DNA of 64,000 nucleotides from an uncultured Gammaproteobacteria bacterium (GTDB lineage Bacteria; Pseudomonadota; Gammaproteobacteria; JABDGN01): NCBI GenBank assembly GCA_963975985.1, contig CAXBIY010000001.1, positions 179,020 to 243,019 of the forward strand, read 5' to 3'. Shown piece by piece: positions 53,115 to 64,000 of this stretch (position 1 is its first letter; each line of letters starts with the position of its first letter). The notes under the pieces were generated by a model. It saw only the letters and a program-made list of their open reading frames with translations, ran no database searches and was not told where the DNA came from. The position numbers and the translations under genes were made by a program.

Positions 53115-53244
53115 GTCGTCATTGTGCGGCTTGACCGCGCAATCTAGAGAATGTTGATGAGTCTACTGCTGTGTTGGATCCCGCGGTCAAGCCGCGGGAT
53201 GACGATATATCGTTTTTCATGTCGTCATCGTGCGGGATGACGAT
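53115..53244. repeat. REP-like cluster between convergent genes (variants GTCGTCATTGTGCGGCTTGACCGCGCAATCTAG, TTGGATCCCGCGGTCAAGCCGCGGGATGACG, GTCGTCATCGTGCGGGATGACGAT)
   Basis: Three hairpin units. Confidence 0.8.
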
Positions 53245-53249
53245 TTAGC

Positions 53250-54533
53250 TTATTCCGGATCTTCCAAACTCAACACACCGGTATTGTAATCGTAAGCAAA
53301 CAATTCCGCATAACGACCCCAGTCAATCACGGTGGCGAGAACACGTTCGGCTTCTTTTTCAGTGAAATAATCTTCAAGCTTCGTTAAAAAACGCTCTTCA
53401 GATACACGATGATTATGTTTGGCATCCAGCGTTTTGCAAATGTATTGCGCCAACGGAATATTAAGTTTTAAATGTTCAGAGAATATTTCTTTGCGCCCTA
53501 AAATATCAGCATTCGTAAATTGGCGGCCTGCATCAGTTAATTCAATATCACCAGCATCAGCAATAGAAAACTTCAATAATTCCAGCGCTTCAATGGTTGG
53601 GAACAAATCATCGATGTCCATTTGTGATTCTTCAGCGAGCTCAGGTAAATCAATTTTACTGTCGTACTCACCCATGCGCTCTAACATGTCATTTAATTCA
53701 GAAGCATCAACATCTGGTAGGCGATAATCCACGCCCAACGTGCGACGGCGACCTCGACGTGGATCATTTTCAACACGCATAGTCATTAACCGATAAATAT
53801 CATCAACCAGTTTACGAAAGCCTGGTGACTCTTCATCACGTGGATGCGGTAATTTAATGGGTAATTCTGATTTTACAAAACCAGGATTCGACGCAAAGAT
53901 TAACACTCGGTCAGCAAGCTCGACGGCTTCTTCAATATTATGCGTAACAATGACCATGGCTTTTAAATTGGTTTTCTTTTCTTTCCATAAATCTAACAAG
54001 TCACCCCGAAGATTTTCTGCGGTTAATACATCGAGTGCGGAAAACGGTTCATCCATCACCAGTATATCCGGGTCAACCACTAGCGCGCGTGCAAATCCGA
54101 CCCGTTGCTTCATGCCGCCTGATAATTCTTTGGGTAACGCTGATTCGAAACCATCAAGACCAATCATATCAATCGCTTTTAATGCCCGTTGTCGACGTTC
54201 TTCACGACCCACACCTAACGCTTCTAAACCCAATTCCACATTTTGCAAAACCGTGAGCCAAGGCAATAACGCAAAACTCTGAAACACCATCGACACACCA
54301 TTCACGGGGCTATGCACATCCTGCCCGCAATATTGCACCTCACCTGTCGATGCTGGCGTTAAGCCCGCAATAATACGCATCAAGGTTGATTTTCCCGAAC
54401 CGGATTTACCCAACAATGCGACAATTTCACCTTCGCGCAGGGTAAAGTCCACCCCATCAAGCACCAACAGTTCTTGCCCTTCGCTATTGCTAAACGATTT
54501 CTTCACATTTTTAAGTTCGATGATGTTAGACAT
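53250..54533 (-). CDS. ABC transporter ATP-binding protein (NitT/TauT family) with an extra ~170-aa C-terminal domain
   Basis: GKSGSGKST Walker A, LSGGMKQRV signature, 427 aa. Confidence 0.8.
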   Translation of the reverse strand: MSNIIELKNVKKSFSNSEGQELLVLDGVDFTLREGEIVALLGKSGSGKSTLMRIIAGLTPASTGEVQYCGQDVHSPVNGVSMVFQSFALLPWLTVLQNVELGLEALGVGREERRQRALKAIDMIGLDGFESALPKELSGGMKQRVGFARALVVDPDILVMDEPFSALDVLTAENLRGDLLDLWKEKKTNLKAMVIVTHNIEEAVELADRVLIFASNPGFVKSELPIKLPHPRDEESPGFRKLVDDIYRLMTMRVENDPRRGRRRTLGVDYRLPDVDASELNDMLERMGEYDSKIDLPELAEESQMDIDDLFPTIEALELLKFSIADAGDIELTDAGRQFTNADILGRKEIFSEHLKLNIPLAQYICKTLDAKHNHRVSEERFLTKLEDYFTEKEAERVLATVIDWGRYAELFAYDYNTGVLSLEDPE

Positions 54534-54544
54534 GATTTACCTCT

Positions 54545-56275
54545 TTAATTCCCATATCGCTCTTCGGCTAATTTATACAACGGTTTCCAAACTAAGCGAT
54601 TAAAGAATAAAACAAACAAGCACATCATACCAATGCTTAATGCGATGCGATGAAAATCACCTTTGGTGGTGTATTCTGAAATATAAGCGCCTAGACCGTA
54701 GGCGACGATTTTGGTGTGACCCCATTGGATCACTTCGGCGATGATGCTTAAGTTCCAAGCAGCACCAGCAGCGGTGATGGCGCCTGTAATGTAGTAAGGG
54801 AACACGCCCGGTAAAATAAAACGTTTCCACCATAGCCAACCTTTTACGCCGAAGTTATCAGTGGCGTAAAAATAATCTTTGGGTAGGGTGGATGTGCCAG
54901 CGACGACGTTAAATAAAATGTACCACATCGAGCCGATGGTCATCAGAGGTGTCACCCAAATTTGCACGTTGAGATCAAAATGCAGAATTAGCATCACCAC
55001 TAATGGGAATAATAAATTAGCTGGGAAACCCGCTAAGAATTGAATAATCGGTTGAATGGTTTGGGTTAAGCGCGGATTCATGCCAATCCATACGCCGATG
55101 GGCACCCAGATAATTGAGCTGATGAGCACTGACACCAACACGCGTGTTAGTGTTGCGCAACCTAGTTTAAAGGTTAGCCAAGCTTCTGAGTAAGGCAATG
55201 CCGAAAAAATAAAATGTAATAAGTATGCGGTGCTCACGATGATGATGGCAGAAACCGCGATATACCAAAATACGATCATGAAGCGTCGTGAACTGACGTT
55301 GACTGTTGGTATGTCATGCAAGTTTCGTCGGTTATAAAACAAACGGTTGATGAACATATCTTTAATGAATTGTTTGCTGAGGTCGAGCAGTTTTAATAAA
55401 TGTGCACGCTCCATAATAATGGCAACCCACGATCGCGTTTGCTTGTCATCGGGGTTTTGTTCGAAGCGAAATTTTTCCGACCATTTTACCAGTGGGCGAA
55501 ATAAAATTTGGTCATAAATAAAAATCACCACAAACATCGCGATAATCGCGAATAAAATACCCGCCATGTCTTTATGGCTAACAGCTGCGGCAATATAAGA
55601 GCCAATGCCGGGCAGGGTAATGCTTTGGTTGGCGACTGAAATCGCTTCGGCTGCCACGAGAAATACCCAGCTGGCTGACATCGACATCATCATGTTCCAA
55701 ATTAAACTCGGCATGGCCAGTGGCACTTCGACGCGCCAAAACTTTTGCCAGGCAGTTAAATGAAACATCGCAGCAGCTTCTTGTAAATCTTCGGGAACAC
55801 TTTTTAAACTTTGATAAAAACCTAATGTCATGTTCCAGGTTTGCGCCGTGAAAATAGCGAAGATACACGCGCACTCTGGCCCCATCATGCTGCCAGGAAA
55901 TAGTGCGATGAATCCCGCAATAGTAATCGATAAGAAACCCAACACCGGCACCGATTGCAAAATATCAATCATGGGGATAATCAAACGCTCAGCGTGTTTA
56001 TTCTTGGCGGCAAGCGTGCCGAACCCAAACGTGAACAATAATGAAATCACCATCGCGATAAGCATACGCAATACACTTTGCAGCGCATAGCCGGGCAACA
56101 CGTGCGGGTCTAAACTGATGTGAATGGGTTGGCCTAAATTAAACGGCAACGACATTTGCCGAGCACCATAAGCCAGCATGGCAAACAGCCCAAAAATTAA
56201 CAATAACGCCAAGCCATCCCAAATATTCAACGGGAACACGCGAGTCGGTTTTTTGTAATAATTGAGAAATTTCAT
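54545..56275 (-). CDS. ABC transporter permease with two fused NitT/TauT-type transmembrane domains; no substrate-binding protein gene nearby
   Basis: 576 aa, about 12 TM helices in two similar halves. Confidence 0.7.
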   Translation of the reverse strand: MKFLNYYKKPTRVFPLNIWDGLALLLIFGLFAMLAYGARQMSLPFNLGQPIHISLDPHVLPGYALQSVLRMLIAMVISLLFTFGFGTLAAKNKHAERLIIPMIDILQSVPVLGFLSITIAGFIALFPGSMMGPECACIFAIFTAQTWNMTLGFYQSLKSVPEDLQEAAAMFHLTAWQKFWRVEVPLAMPSLIWNMMMSMSASWVFLVAAEAISVANQSITLPGIGSYIAAAVSHKDMAGILFAIIAMFVVIFIYDQILFRPLVKWSEKFRFEQNPDDKQTRSWVAIIMERAHLLKLLDLSKQFIKDMFINRLFYNRRNLHDIPTVNVSSRRFMIVFWYIAVSAIIIVSTAYLLHFIFSALPYSEAWLTFKLGCATLTRVLVSVLISSIIWVPIGVWIGMNPRLTQTIQPIIQFLAGFPANLLFPLVVMLILHFDLNVQIWVTPLMTIGSMWYILFNVVAGTSTLPKDYFYATDNFGVKGWLWWKRFILPGVFPYYITGAITAAGAAWNLSIIAEVIQWGHTKIVAYGLGAYISEYTTKGDFHRIALSIGMMCLFVLFFNRLVWKPLYKLAEERYGN

Positions 56276-56647
56276 TGGCTACTCCAGAGGCCAGGAGTCA
56301 GAATCATCCGGTTACTTGGGCTGTAATATACTGATTTATAGGTATTTACGCAAGGTATCTGCCTTTTAATAAAACAATTGTTGTGAATCAGACAGGTTTT
56401 TACGATTTTTTGTCTTAATTACCGTTAATCCGCCAGATAAAGACAGAATCAGCCAAATATGTGTCTGGTTATGTCTTTATTAACCCATATTGATTCAAAA
56501 AAATGACTTAATATGAGTCAATATGCTTTAATCTAATCAATAGAAATTGAGCCGCTGCTAGAAAAATATGGCAGCCTATTGTGGTTATGCTATAGCATGA
56601 TACATATCATTTTACTCTTAATAATGCCGAGTAAAATACAAACCATT

Positions 56648-56692
56648 CCTTTTCCCGCGTCGGGAGAAGGTGGCCGTAGGCCGGATGAGGGG
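56648..56692. repeat. Family-3 repeat CCTTTTCCCGCGTCGGGAGAAGGTGGCCGTAGGCCGGATGAGGGG
   Basis: Same motif as 30553 and 36984. Confidence 0.7.
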
Positions 56693-56698
56693 TCGTAA

Positions 56699-59151
<2,453 letters not shown>

Positions 59152-59290
59152 CCCACTTCTTTTTATTATTGTTGTTAAGGATTACCTATCACTTTAGCGA
59201 TCAAAACTTAACAAATCCTTAATGCTAAACACTTTTTACATGTTTGTTTTTCAAAAGATTAAGGGAGTATTAACAAGAAGCTTGAGGCAT

Positions 59291-59460
59291 AAAAAATGCC
59301 GCTATCGGTTTCCCGGTAGCGGCTGGAATTGCGTTTACGCCTGGTTATTATTATCGATTTTATTATTATTATTTCCTAACGCACGGTTGATAATACAGGT
59401 GCAATCTTAACGAAACCTTAAAGTGGTTGAATTAATATTATTTATTTTTATAGGGAAAAT
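59291..59460 (-). ncRNA. Tandem unit 1 of 4: candidate small RNA ending in an intrinsic terminator (GCCGCTACCGGGAAACCGATAGCGGC + T7) on the minus strand
   Basis: Plus strand shows A-run + hairpin at 59291-59323; conserved block TAACGCACGGTTGATAATACAGGTGCAATCTTAACGAAACCTTAAAG at 59377-59423. Confidence 0.3.
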
Positions 59461-59645
59461 AAGGCAAAAAAATGCCGCTATCAGTTTCCCGGTAGCGGCT
59501 GCAATTGCGTTTAAGCTTCGTTATTATTATTCGCTTTGTTGTTATTCTTATTCCCTAACGCACTATCGATAATACAGGTGCAATCTTAACGAAACATTAA
59601 AGTGTTCAAATGAATAACATTTGTTTTATGTGTGTCGAAGCAGAG
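59461..59645 (-). ncRNA. Tandem unit 2 of 4 (same architecture)
   Basis: Hairpin at 59474-59499 after an A-run; conserved block present. Confidence 0.3.
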
Positions 59646-59650
59646 AAAAT

Positions 59651-59876
59651 AAGGCAAAAAAATACCGCTATCAGTTTTCCTGTAGCGGCTGCAATGGCGT
59701 TTAAGCTTCGTTATTATTATTCGCGTTGTTATTATTGTTATGCCCTAACGCACGATTGATAATACAGGTGTAATCTTAACGTAACATTAAATTGTTCAAA
59801 TTAATTACATTTATTTTTTTAACAGCACTTACGCAAAATGCAATCGGTTCGCCACTCTGCTTTAGTCCAGGTTGTA
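59651..59876 (-). ncRNA. Tandem unit 3 of 4 (hairpin slightly degenerate)
   Basis: Hairpin at 59664-59689; conserved block with a few substitutions. Confidence 0.25.
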
Positions 59877-60010
59877 CTGGATCCCGCGATCAAGCCGCGG
59901 GATGACGGCAGTCTTGTCGTTGTGCTTGGACGAACAGTCCGGTCATTGTGCCGTTTGACGGCGGAACGACGAACAGCCTCGTCATTCCGCGGCTTGACCG
60001 CGGAATCCAG
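59877..60010. repeat. REP-like cluster inserted between tandem units 3 and 4
   Basis: CTGGATCCCGCGATCAAGCCGCGGGATGACGG and GTCATTCCGCGGCTTGACCGCGGAATCCAGG. Confidence 0.85.
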
Positions 60011-60071
60011 GAAAACAATAAGGATACATAAGCGCTGTTAAAGATGAATGGCGTGTTAACAGGAAACATCA

Positions 60072-60226
60072 GGCAAAAAAATGCCGCTATCGGTTTCCCG
60101 GTAGCGGCTGGAATGCGTTTACGCCTGGTTGTTATTATCAAGTTTTTATTATTATCACTTCCTAACGCACGGTTGATAATACAGGTGCAATCTTAACGAA
60201 ACCTTAAAGCGGTTCAATTAATACTT
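60072..60226 (-). ncRNA. Tandem unit 4 of 4
   Basis: Hairpin at 60084-60109 after an A-run; conserved block at 60161-60207. Confidence 0.3.
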
Positions 60227-61927
60227 TTATTTCGGGTGCAATGGGGGTAAGTCATCATCAACCTTAACATTTTGTTGTATTTGGTGTTTTTCATTTTCGA
60301 TGAAGGCTAGCCAAAAATGATGACCATCGCATTTGTTAACGCCTTGCTTATAAAGTGCCGTCATTAATGTCTCAATAGCTTGGTGCAAATCAGGATGAAT
60401 AGCACTGCTGTTAATGTCATGAATGTTACGTATTTTTTTGCGTGGCCAATAACGTTTTGCCCATGTGAGTAACGCGCTTTCTAACTGTTTCGCATCGTTG
60501 CAATTACACGCGTTGCGTACGGCTTGTCGTGCTTGTTTCAGTGTCATTACTTGCGATGCTGGCTCAGCTTCCTCTGTCATTTTGTTTTGACGACGGCGAC
60601 GTGATTGCCACCACAAGAACATCGTGAATAACCATGCAATGGCAAAGGCAATAATGAGCCCCCATAACCAATCATCATGATTGTCATGCTCTTCGGCGGG
60701 CTGTAATGGCATCAGCGGTGTCACCATGGGTTTGGGCGTTAAGCCCGGTTTCAATGGTGGTGGTGTGACGGTGCTACCAGGCAATGCTGGTAAGATAGTA
60801 AAGCTTTTGGCTTTTAAGGTAGCGGTTTCGGCTTTGCCAGTTAAGGTGTTAAACCAATGTAAGCTAACTGCAGGCAATATGAATTTGCCCGGCTTTGTTG
60901 GGATGTAAGCAATTTTTTCAGTCCGTGAACCAATAATGTTATTACCATCAGTCACCGTGTTTACTTTAGCTTGTGACGGATAAGCATTAGCGTTATCGAC
61001 AGTAGGCAGTGTTAAGCTATAAATACGGTTGCCAGGTAAACCAACCGCACGCACTTCAATGGTGCGCGTAATCGGGTCGCCAACATGAATCGCTTTCGTT
61101 TCGCCATTCCAATATTGTTTCAGCATCACACTTTGCGCCGGTAGCCAATCAGTTTCGTTAATGTTAGCGGGCCGTGCTGCAACCGTTACATCAATCGGAC
61201 GGGCTGCAAGTTGCATGGGTTTGCCACCGGTCATTTGGAATAGCTGATCCATTGAGCGTGAGTTGGCATGTGACTCAGGTACTTGACCACTAAAAATAAT
61301 GCCCGGAATAGTGAGCTGGCCTGCTTTTTGTGGGAAGAACACATAGTGACGCTCTAATACATTATAAATTTTACCGTAACGTTTTATTTGGTAGCTAACA
61401 TCATTGCCCAGCACCCGTGCACCCGGAATATCAGGGTTTAACAATGAGCCAGACAAGCCATCAACCGCATAAAATAATTTCACGATATATTCCGCTTGAC
61501 CACCGACATAAGGTTGCTTCGGATTAACAGTCGCTTCTAAAAATATTTTGCCATGTAATGGTAACTTGGTTGCAGGCTTAACAATGATGGTGATGGGTTT
61601 AGTTGATTGCTTACCTAACTGAATAGCCGGAATCACAAAGGTGCCAGCTTTCTTCGGCATTAACGAGATCGTCCATTTTTCATTACGTGTTTGCTTGCCA
61701 TTAATAATGCTAATTTGGCTGCTGTTGCTATTGCCAATCACTTGAAAGTTTTTTTGTAATCCCGTTAGCTGCGGTTGCGCATCGGGGGTGCTATCGGTTT
61801 GAATGGTTAAGTTAACCGATTCACCCATGGCAATGGTATTGCGATCAAGCGTTGCGGTGACGCTGGCATAAGTGGTTGCCAATCCAGCGAGGCTGATAAG
61901 CATAAAAGCGATGATATTACGTAGCAT
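60227..61927 (-). CDS. batD: BatD-like aerotolerance-operon protein
   Basis: Signal peptide, long periplasmic region, C-terminal TM (LIIAFAIAWLFTMFLWW) plus cytoplasmic tail; follows batA/B/C-like genes. Confidence 0.65.
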   Translation of the reverse strand: MLRNIIAFMLISLAGLATTYASVTATLDRNTIAMGESVNLTIQTDSTPDAQPQLTGLQKNFQVIGNSNSSQISIINGKQTRNEKWTISLMPKKAGTFVIPAIQLGKQSTKPITIIVKPATKLPLHGKIFLEATVNPKQPYVGGQAEYIVKLFYAVDGLSGSLLNPDIPGARVLGNDVSYQIKRYGKIYNVLERHYVFFPQKAGQLTIPGIIFSGQVPESHANSRSMDQLFQMTGGKPMQLAARPIDVTVAARPANINETDWLPAQSVMLKQYWNGETKAIHVGDPITRTIEVRAVGLPGNRIYSLTLPTVDNANAYPSQAKVNTVTDGNNIIGSRTEKIAYIPTKPGKFILPAVSLHWFNTLTGKAETATLKAKSFTILPALPGSTVTPPPLKPGLTPKPMVTPLMPLQPAEEHDNHDDWLWGLIIAFAIAWLFTMFLWWQSRRRRQNKMTEEAEPASQVMTLKQARQAVRNACNCNDAKQLESALLTWAKRYWPRKKIRNIHDINSSAIHPDLHQAIETLMTALYKQGVNKCDGHHFWLAFIENEKHQIQQNVKVDDDLPPLHPK

Positions 61928-61941
61928 GGTAATACTCCAAG

Positions 61942-62835
61942 TTAACGAGATTGTTTTTGTATTTGTTGATGATCCCGTAGAAATTTTTGGCGTAACAAAC
62001 CGCCGGGATCATCAGGAATTTGGTCTAACCACTGTTTAGTCGCGCGTTGTTGCTGACGTTGTTGTTCAGTTAGGCGTTTTTGCAGTTGGGACTGCGGTTT
62101 GTTTTGCGATGGCTTGGGTGCACCATTTTGTGGTTGAGGTTGTTGCTGCGGCTTGTTCTGTGGTTTATTTTGCGGTTGTTGTTTCGGCTGCGGCTGATTC
62201 TTTGAATCGTTCTGCTGTTTATCTTGCGGCTTGTTCTTTTGATCATTGTTTTGATCAGGCTTCTTGCCATTCTGCTGCTTTTTCTGAGTATTATTTTTAG
62301 GCTGATTCTGTTCGCCATTTTTATTGCTTGGTTGTTTGTTTTGTTGCGCTTGATCTTTGGGGGGTTGGCCTTGCTGCTGCTGATTTTGTTTTTTCTGATC
62401 TTGCTTTTGTTGTTTGTCTTGCTTTTTCTTTTGCTGCTTTAATTTTTTCACCACATTAATATTGTATTTAGCGTCCGCCATGGTGGGGTTAAGCTGCAAA
62501 GCATTTTGATAAGCGGCGAGGGCTTGCTTATATTGCCCCATTTGTGCCAATGCATTACCTTGGTTGTAATAACCTTTAGCTGAATGCTGCTTTTGAAATT
62601 CTTGTAAGGCTTGGCTGTAATTTTTAGCGCGATAATACGCGGTGCCTTTCCACTGCGGGTTATCAAATAAATTAGCCGCTTGTTTGGCATCGCCTTTTTG
62701 CAAGGCACGGCTGCCTTGTTGATCTGGCGTGTGCCATAAATCACTCCAAGTGCCAGCCGTACTAGTAGCGCTGACGAATAATAAACTGCTGATGAGTAAC
62801 GGGCGTATCATTGTTTCACAATCTCCGTTAACCAA
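61942..62835 (-). CDS. TPR-repeat protein with an extreme Q/K/N-rich low-complexity tail (BatC-like)
   Basis: Two or three TPR units (AYYRAKNYSQALQEF..., YYNQGNALAQMGQYKQALAAY) followed by a ~130-aa QKN-rich region. Confidence 0.6.
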   Translation of the reverse strand: MVNGDCETMIRPLLISSLLFVSATSTAGTWSDLWHTPDQQGSRALQKGDAKQAANLFDNPQWKGTAYYRAKNYSQALQEFQKQHSAKGYYNQGNALAQMGQYKQALAAYQNALQLNPTMADAKYNINVVKKLKQQKKKQDKQQKQDQKKQNQQQQGQPPKDQAQQNKQPSNKNGEQNQPKNNTQKKQQNGKKPDQNNDQKNKPQDKQQNDSKNQPQPKQQPQNKPQNKPQQQPQPQNGAPKPSQNKPQSQLQKRLTEQQRQQQRATKQWLDQIPDDPGGLLRQKFLRDHQQIQKQSR

Positions 62836-63812
62836 CCTTTACGAAAAGCTAGCAAGCTTAACAAAGCGGTTAGAATAATAAACCAACGACCTTGGTCTAA
62901 CCATACCTGCAATTTTTGTTTACTTTGTGAGGCTTTATCCGCGTGCGTCGGATTCATGGCTAACAAGGCTTTCACGTCCGCATTGTTATTGCTAAAGCCA
63001 ACATAGATGCCATTGCCAGCTTGCGCTAAGCGCTGCAGAGCTGAAGTATCTAAGCGATCGACTAATACATTGCCCGATTTATCTTTCATAAAGCTGCCGT
63101 CAGGCATGCCAATCGGCGCACCTGTTGCGGTACCAATCCCCATGACGGAGGTATGAATACCTTGCGAGGCTAAGAGCTTCACTTTTGCTAACGCTTTGCT
63201 TGAAGGTGCATCATCCGTCAAAATCATGATATTCGCGGGTTTCGCATTCGATTGTTCAATGAGGCTTTTTGCGCGGTCTAAGGCCATGCTCAAGTTGTTA
63301 CCGGCGACCGGCATAATGTCCGGGCTTAATTCCGACACCATGCCGGCAATGGTGCTGGCATCTTCGGTAATAGGGGAGACCACATAAGCTTCACCCGAAT
63401 AGGCAATTAATCCGGCAGACACACCTTTCATGCCGTGCAACAAATCCAATAACTTAAATTTAGCGCGTTCTAAACGCGATGGCTTAATATCATTAGCATA
63501 CATAGTAGGGGATAAATCGATCAGCACCACGTCAGCCGCTAACGAGCGATACACCGGCACCGGTAAGCGTGACCAAGTCGGGCCACTCATGGCAAACGCA
63601 GCCGCTAACCAAGCGATGAGTAATAACAACAAAGGTAAGCGTGATGATTTTTGCGGTTGTGATTGTAATAAGTGTGGCAGTAAATGTGGGTCACAAATCT
63701 TTTGCCAATTATTACGGCTGCGCTGCGTCATCCACAAGCGCACGACAATCACCACGCAAGGGATGATGGTCAGTAGCCACCAGGGACGTAGTAAATGCAA
63801 TTGATCAAACAT
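62808..63812 (-). CDS. von Willebrand factor A domain membrane protein (BatA/BatB-like)
   Basis: VVLIDLSPTM MIDAS start, TM helices at both termini, 334 aa. Confidence 0.75.
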   Translation of the reverse strand: MFDQLHLLRPWWLLTIIPCVVIVVRLWMTQRSRNNWQKICDPHLLPHLLQSQPQKSSRLPLLLLLIAWLAAAFAMSGPTWSRLPVPVYRSLAADVVLIDLSPTMYANDIKPSRLERAKFKLLDLLHGMKGVSAGLIAYSGEAYVVSPITEDASTIAGMVSELSPDIMPVAGNNLSMALDRAKSLIEQSNAKPANIMILTDDAPSSKALAKVKLLASQGIHTSVMGIGTATGAPIGMPDGSFMKDKSGNVLVDRLDTSALQRLAQAGNGIYVGFSNNNADVKALLAMNPTHADKASQSKQKLQVWLDQGRWFIILTALLSLLAFRKGWLTEIVKQ

Positions 63813-63849
63813 TATTTAGCCTCCCGTCAATTTCCTTCGGCTTCTGGGC

Positions 63850-63956
63850 ATTGTTGAACAAATCAATTTTTACAGCTCCGTCATCCCGCGGCTTGACCGC
63901 GGGATCCAGGCACTCGCTGATTTTTCTGGATCCCGCGGTCAAGCTGCGGGATGACG
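63850..63956. repeat. Second copy of the composite element seen at 15581-15750 (left outer arm plus two inverted REP units; right arm absent)
   Basis: CATTGTTGAACAAATCAATTTTTACAGCTC + GTCATCCCGCGGCTTGACCGCGGGATCCAG ... CTGGATCCCGCGGTCAAGCTGCGGGATGACG. Confidence 0.8.
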
Positions 63957-64000
63957 GGATCCCTTGAGAGAAGCTGGTGCGTAGCAGCGGATGAGGGCGA

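Noticed and set aside
59377-59423. PmrA-type box (tandem cTTAA half-sites 11 bp apart) in the conserved block of the tandem units, and a similar TTAAG pair upstream of the ankyrin gene (6800-6830)
   Set aside because: Only the CTTAA cores match the Legionella/Coxiella PmrA consensus (cTTAATatT-N2-cTTAATatT) and the rest diverges, so it is too weak to call. It is kept only as a note inside the tandem-array finding.
62224-62442. Leu-rich ORF 62224-62442 and Arg/Asn-rich ORF 62070-62318
   Set aside because: They are frame artefacts of the Q/K-rich low-complexity region of the TPR gene on the opposite strand.

Overview
This 64 kb window looks like chromosome from a gammaproteobacterium with roughly 40% GC, probably a Legionellales-like intracellular or amoeba-associated lineage. 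That assignment rests on an ankyrin-repeat eukaryotic-like protein, an Lqs/Cqs-type quorum-sensing cluster, Sel1-like paralogs and pilT-yggS-proC-yggT synteny, and the organism is not certain.

Most of the window is housekeeping backbone:
- oxyR, a vapBC toxin-antitoxin pair, a SPOR-domain protein next to argS, and tRNA-Arg(CCG)
- yifB, ubiK, plsC-like acyltransferase, dinB and lexA
- yggT, proC, yggS and pilT
- a complete atpIBEFHAGDC operon followed by glmU, glmS, a HAD hydrolase and rsmJ
- gshA (T. ferrooxidans type), gshB, fpr, marC, metK, ahcY and rsmE
- a POT transporter, an ABC ATPase plus fused permease, hemF, and a batD / TPR / VWA aerotolerance-like operon

The less ordinary content is:
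1. At least four families of short interspersed repeats. The most abundant is a 30-bp hairpin unit, GTCATCCCGCGGCTTGACCGCGGGATCCAG, arranged in BIME-like clusters; one GIY-YIG nuclease gene sits exactly between two inverted copies. The others are a ~110-bp MITE with GTAGGGTGGATAAAA termini, a GGCCGNAGGCCGGATGAGGGG hairpin element, and degenerate heptamer tandem repeats (TTAGGGC / TTGAGGA) at gene boundaries.
2. A tandem array of four ~180-bp units, each ending in a canonical minus-strand intrinsic terminator. These are candidate sRNA genes.
3. A CqsA/LqsA-LqsR-LqsS alpha-hydroxyketone signalling module directly downstream of the SAM-cycle genes metK-ahcY, in a convergent arrangement.
4. A large protein with 12 near-identical ankyrin repeats.
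5. Two tandem Sel1-like paralogs, one interrupted by an in-frame TGA.
6. Four tandem small beta-barrel outer-membrane-protein paralogs produced by a segmental duplication that copied the 3' end of gshB.

All calls are from reading the sequence and the ORF translations; no database searches were run.
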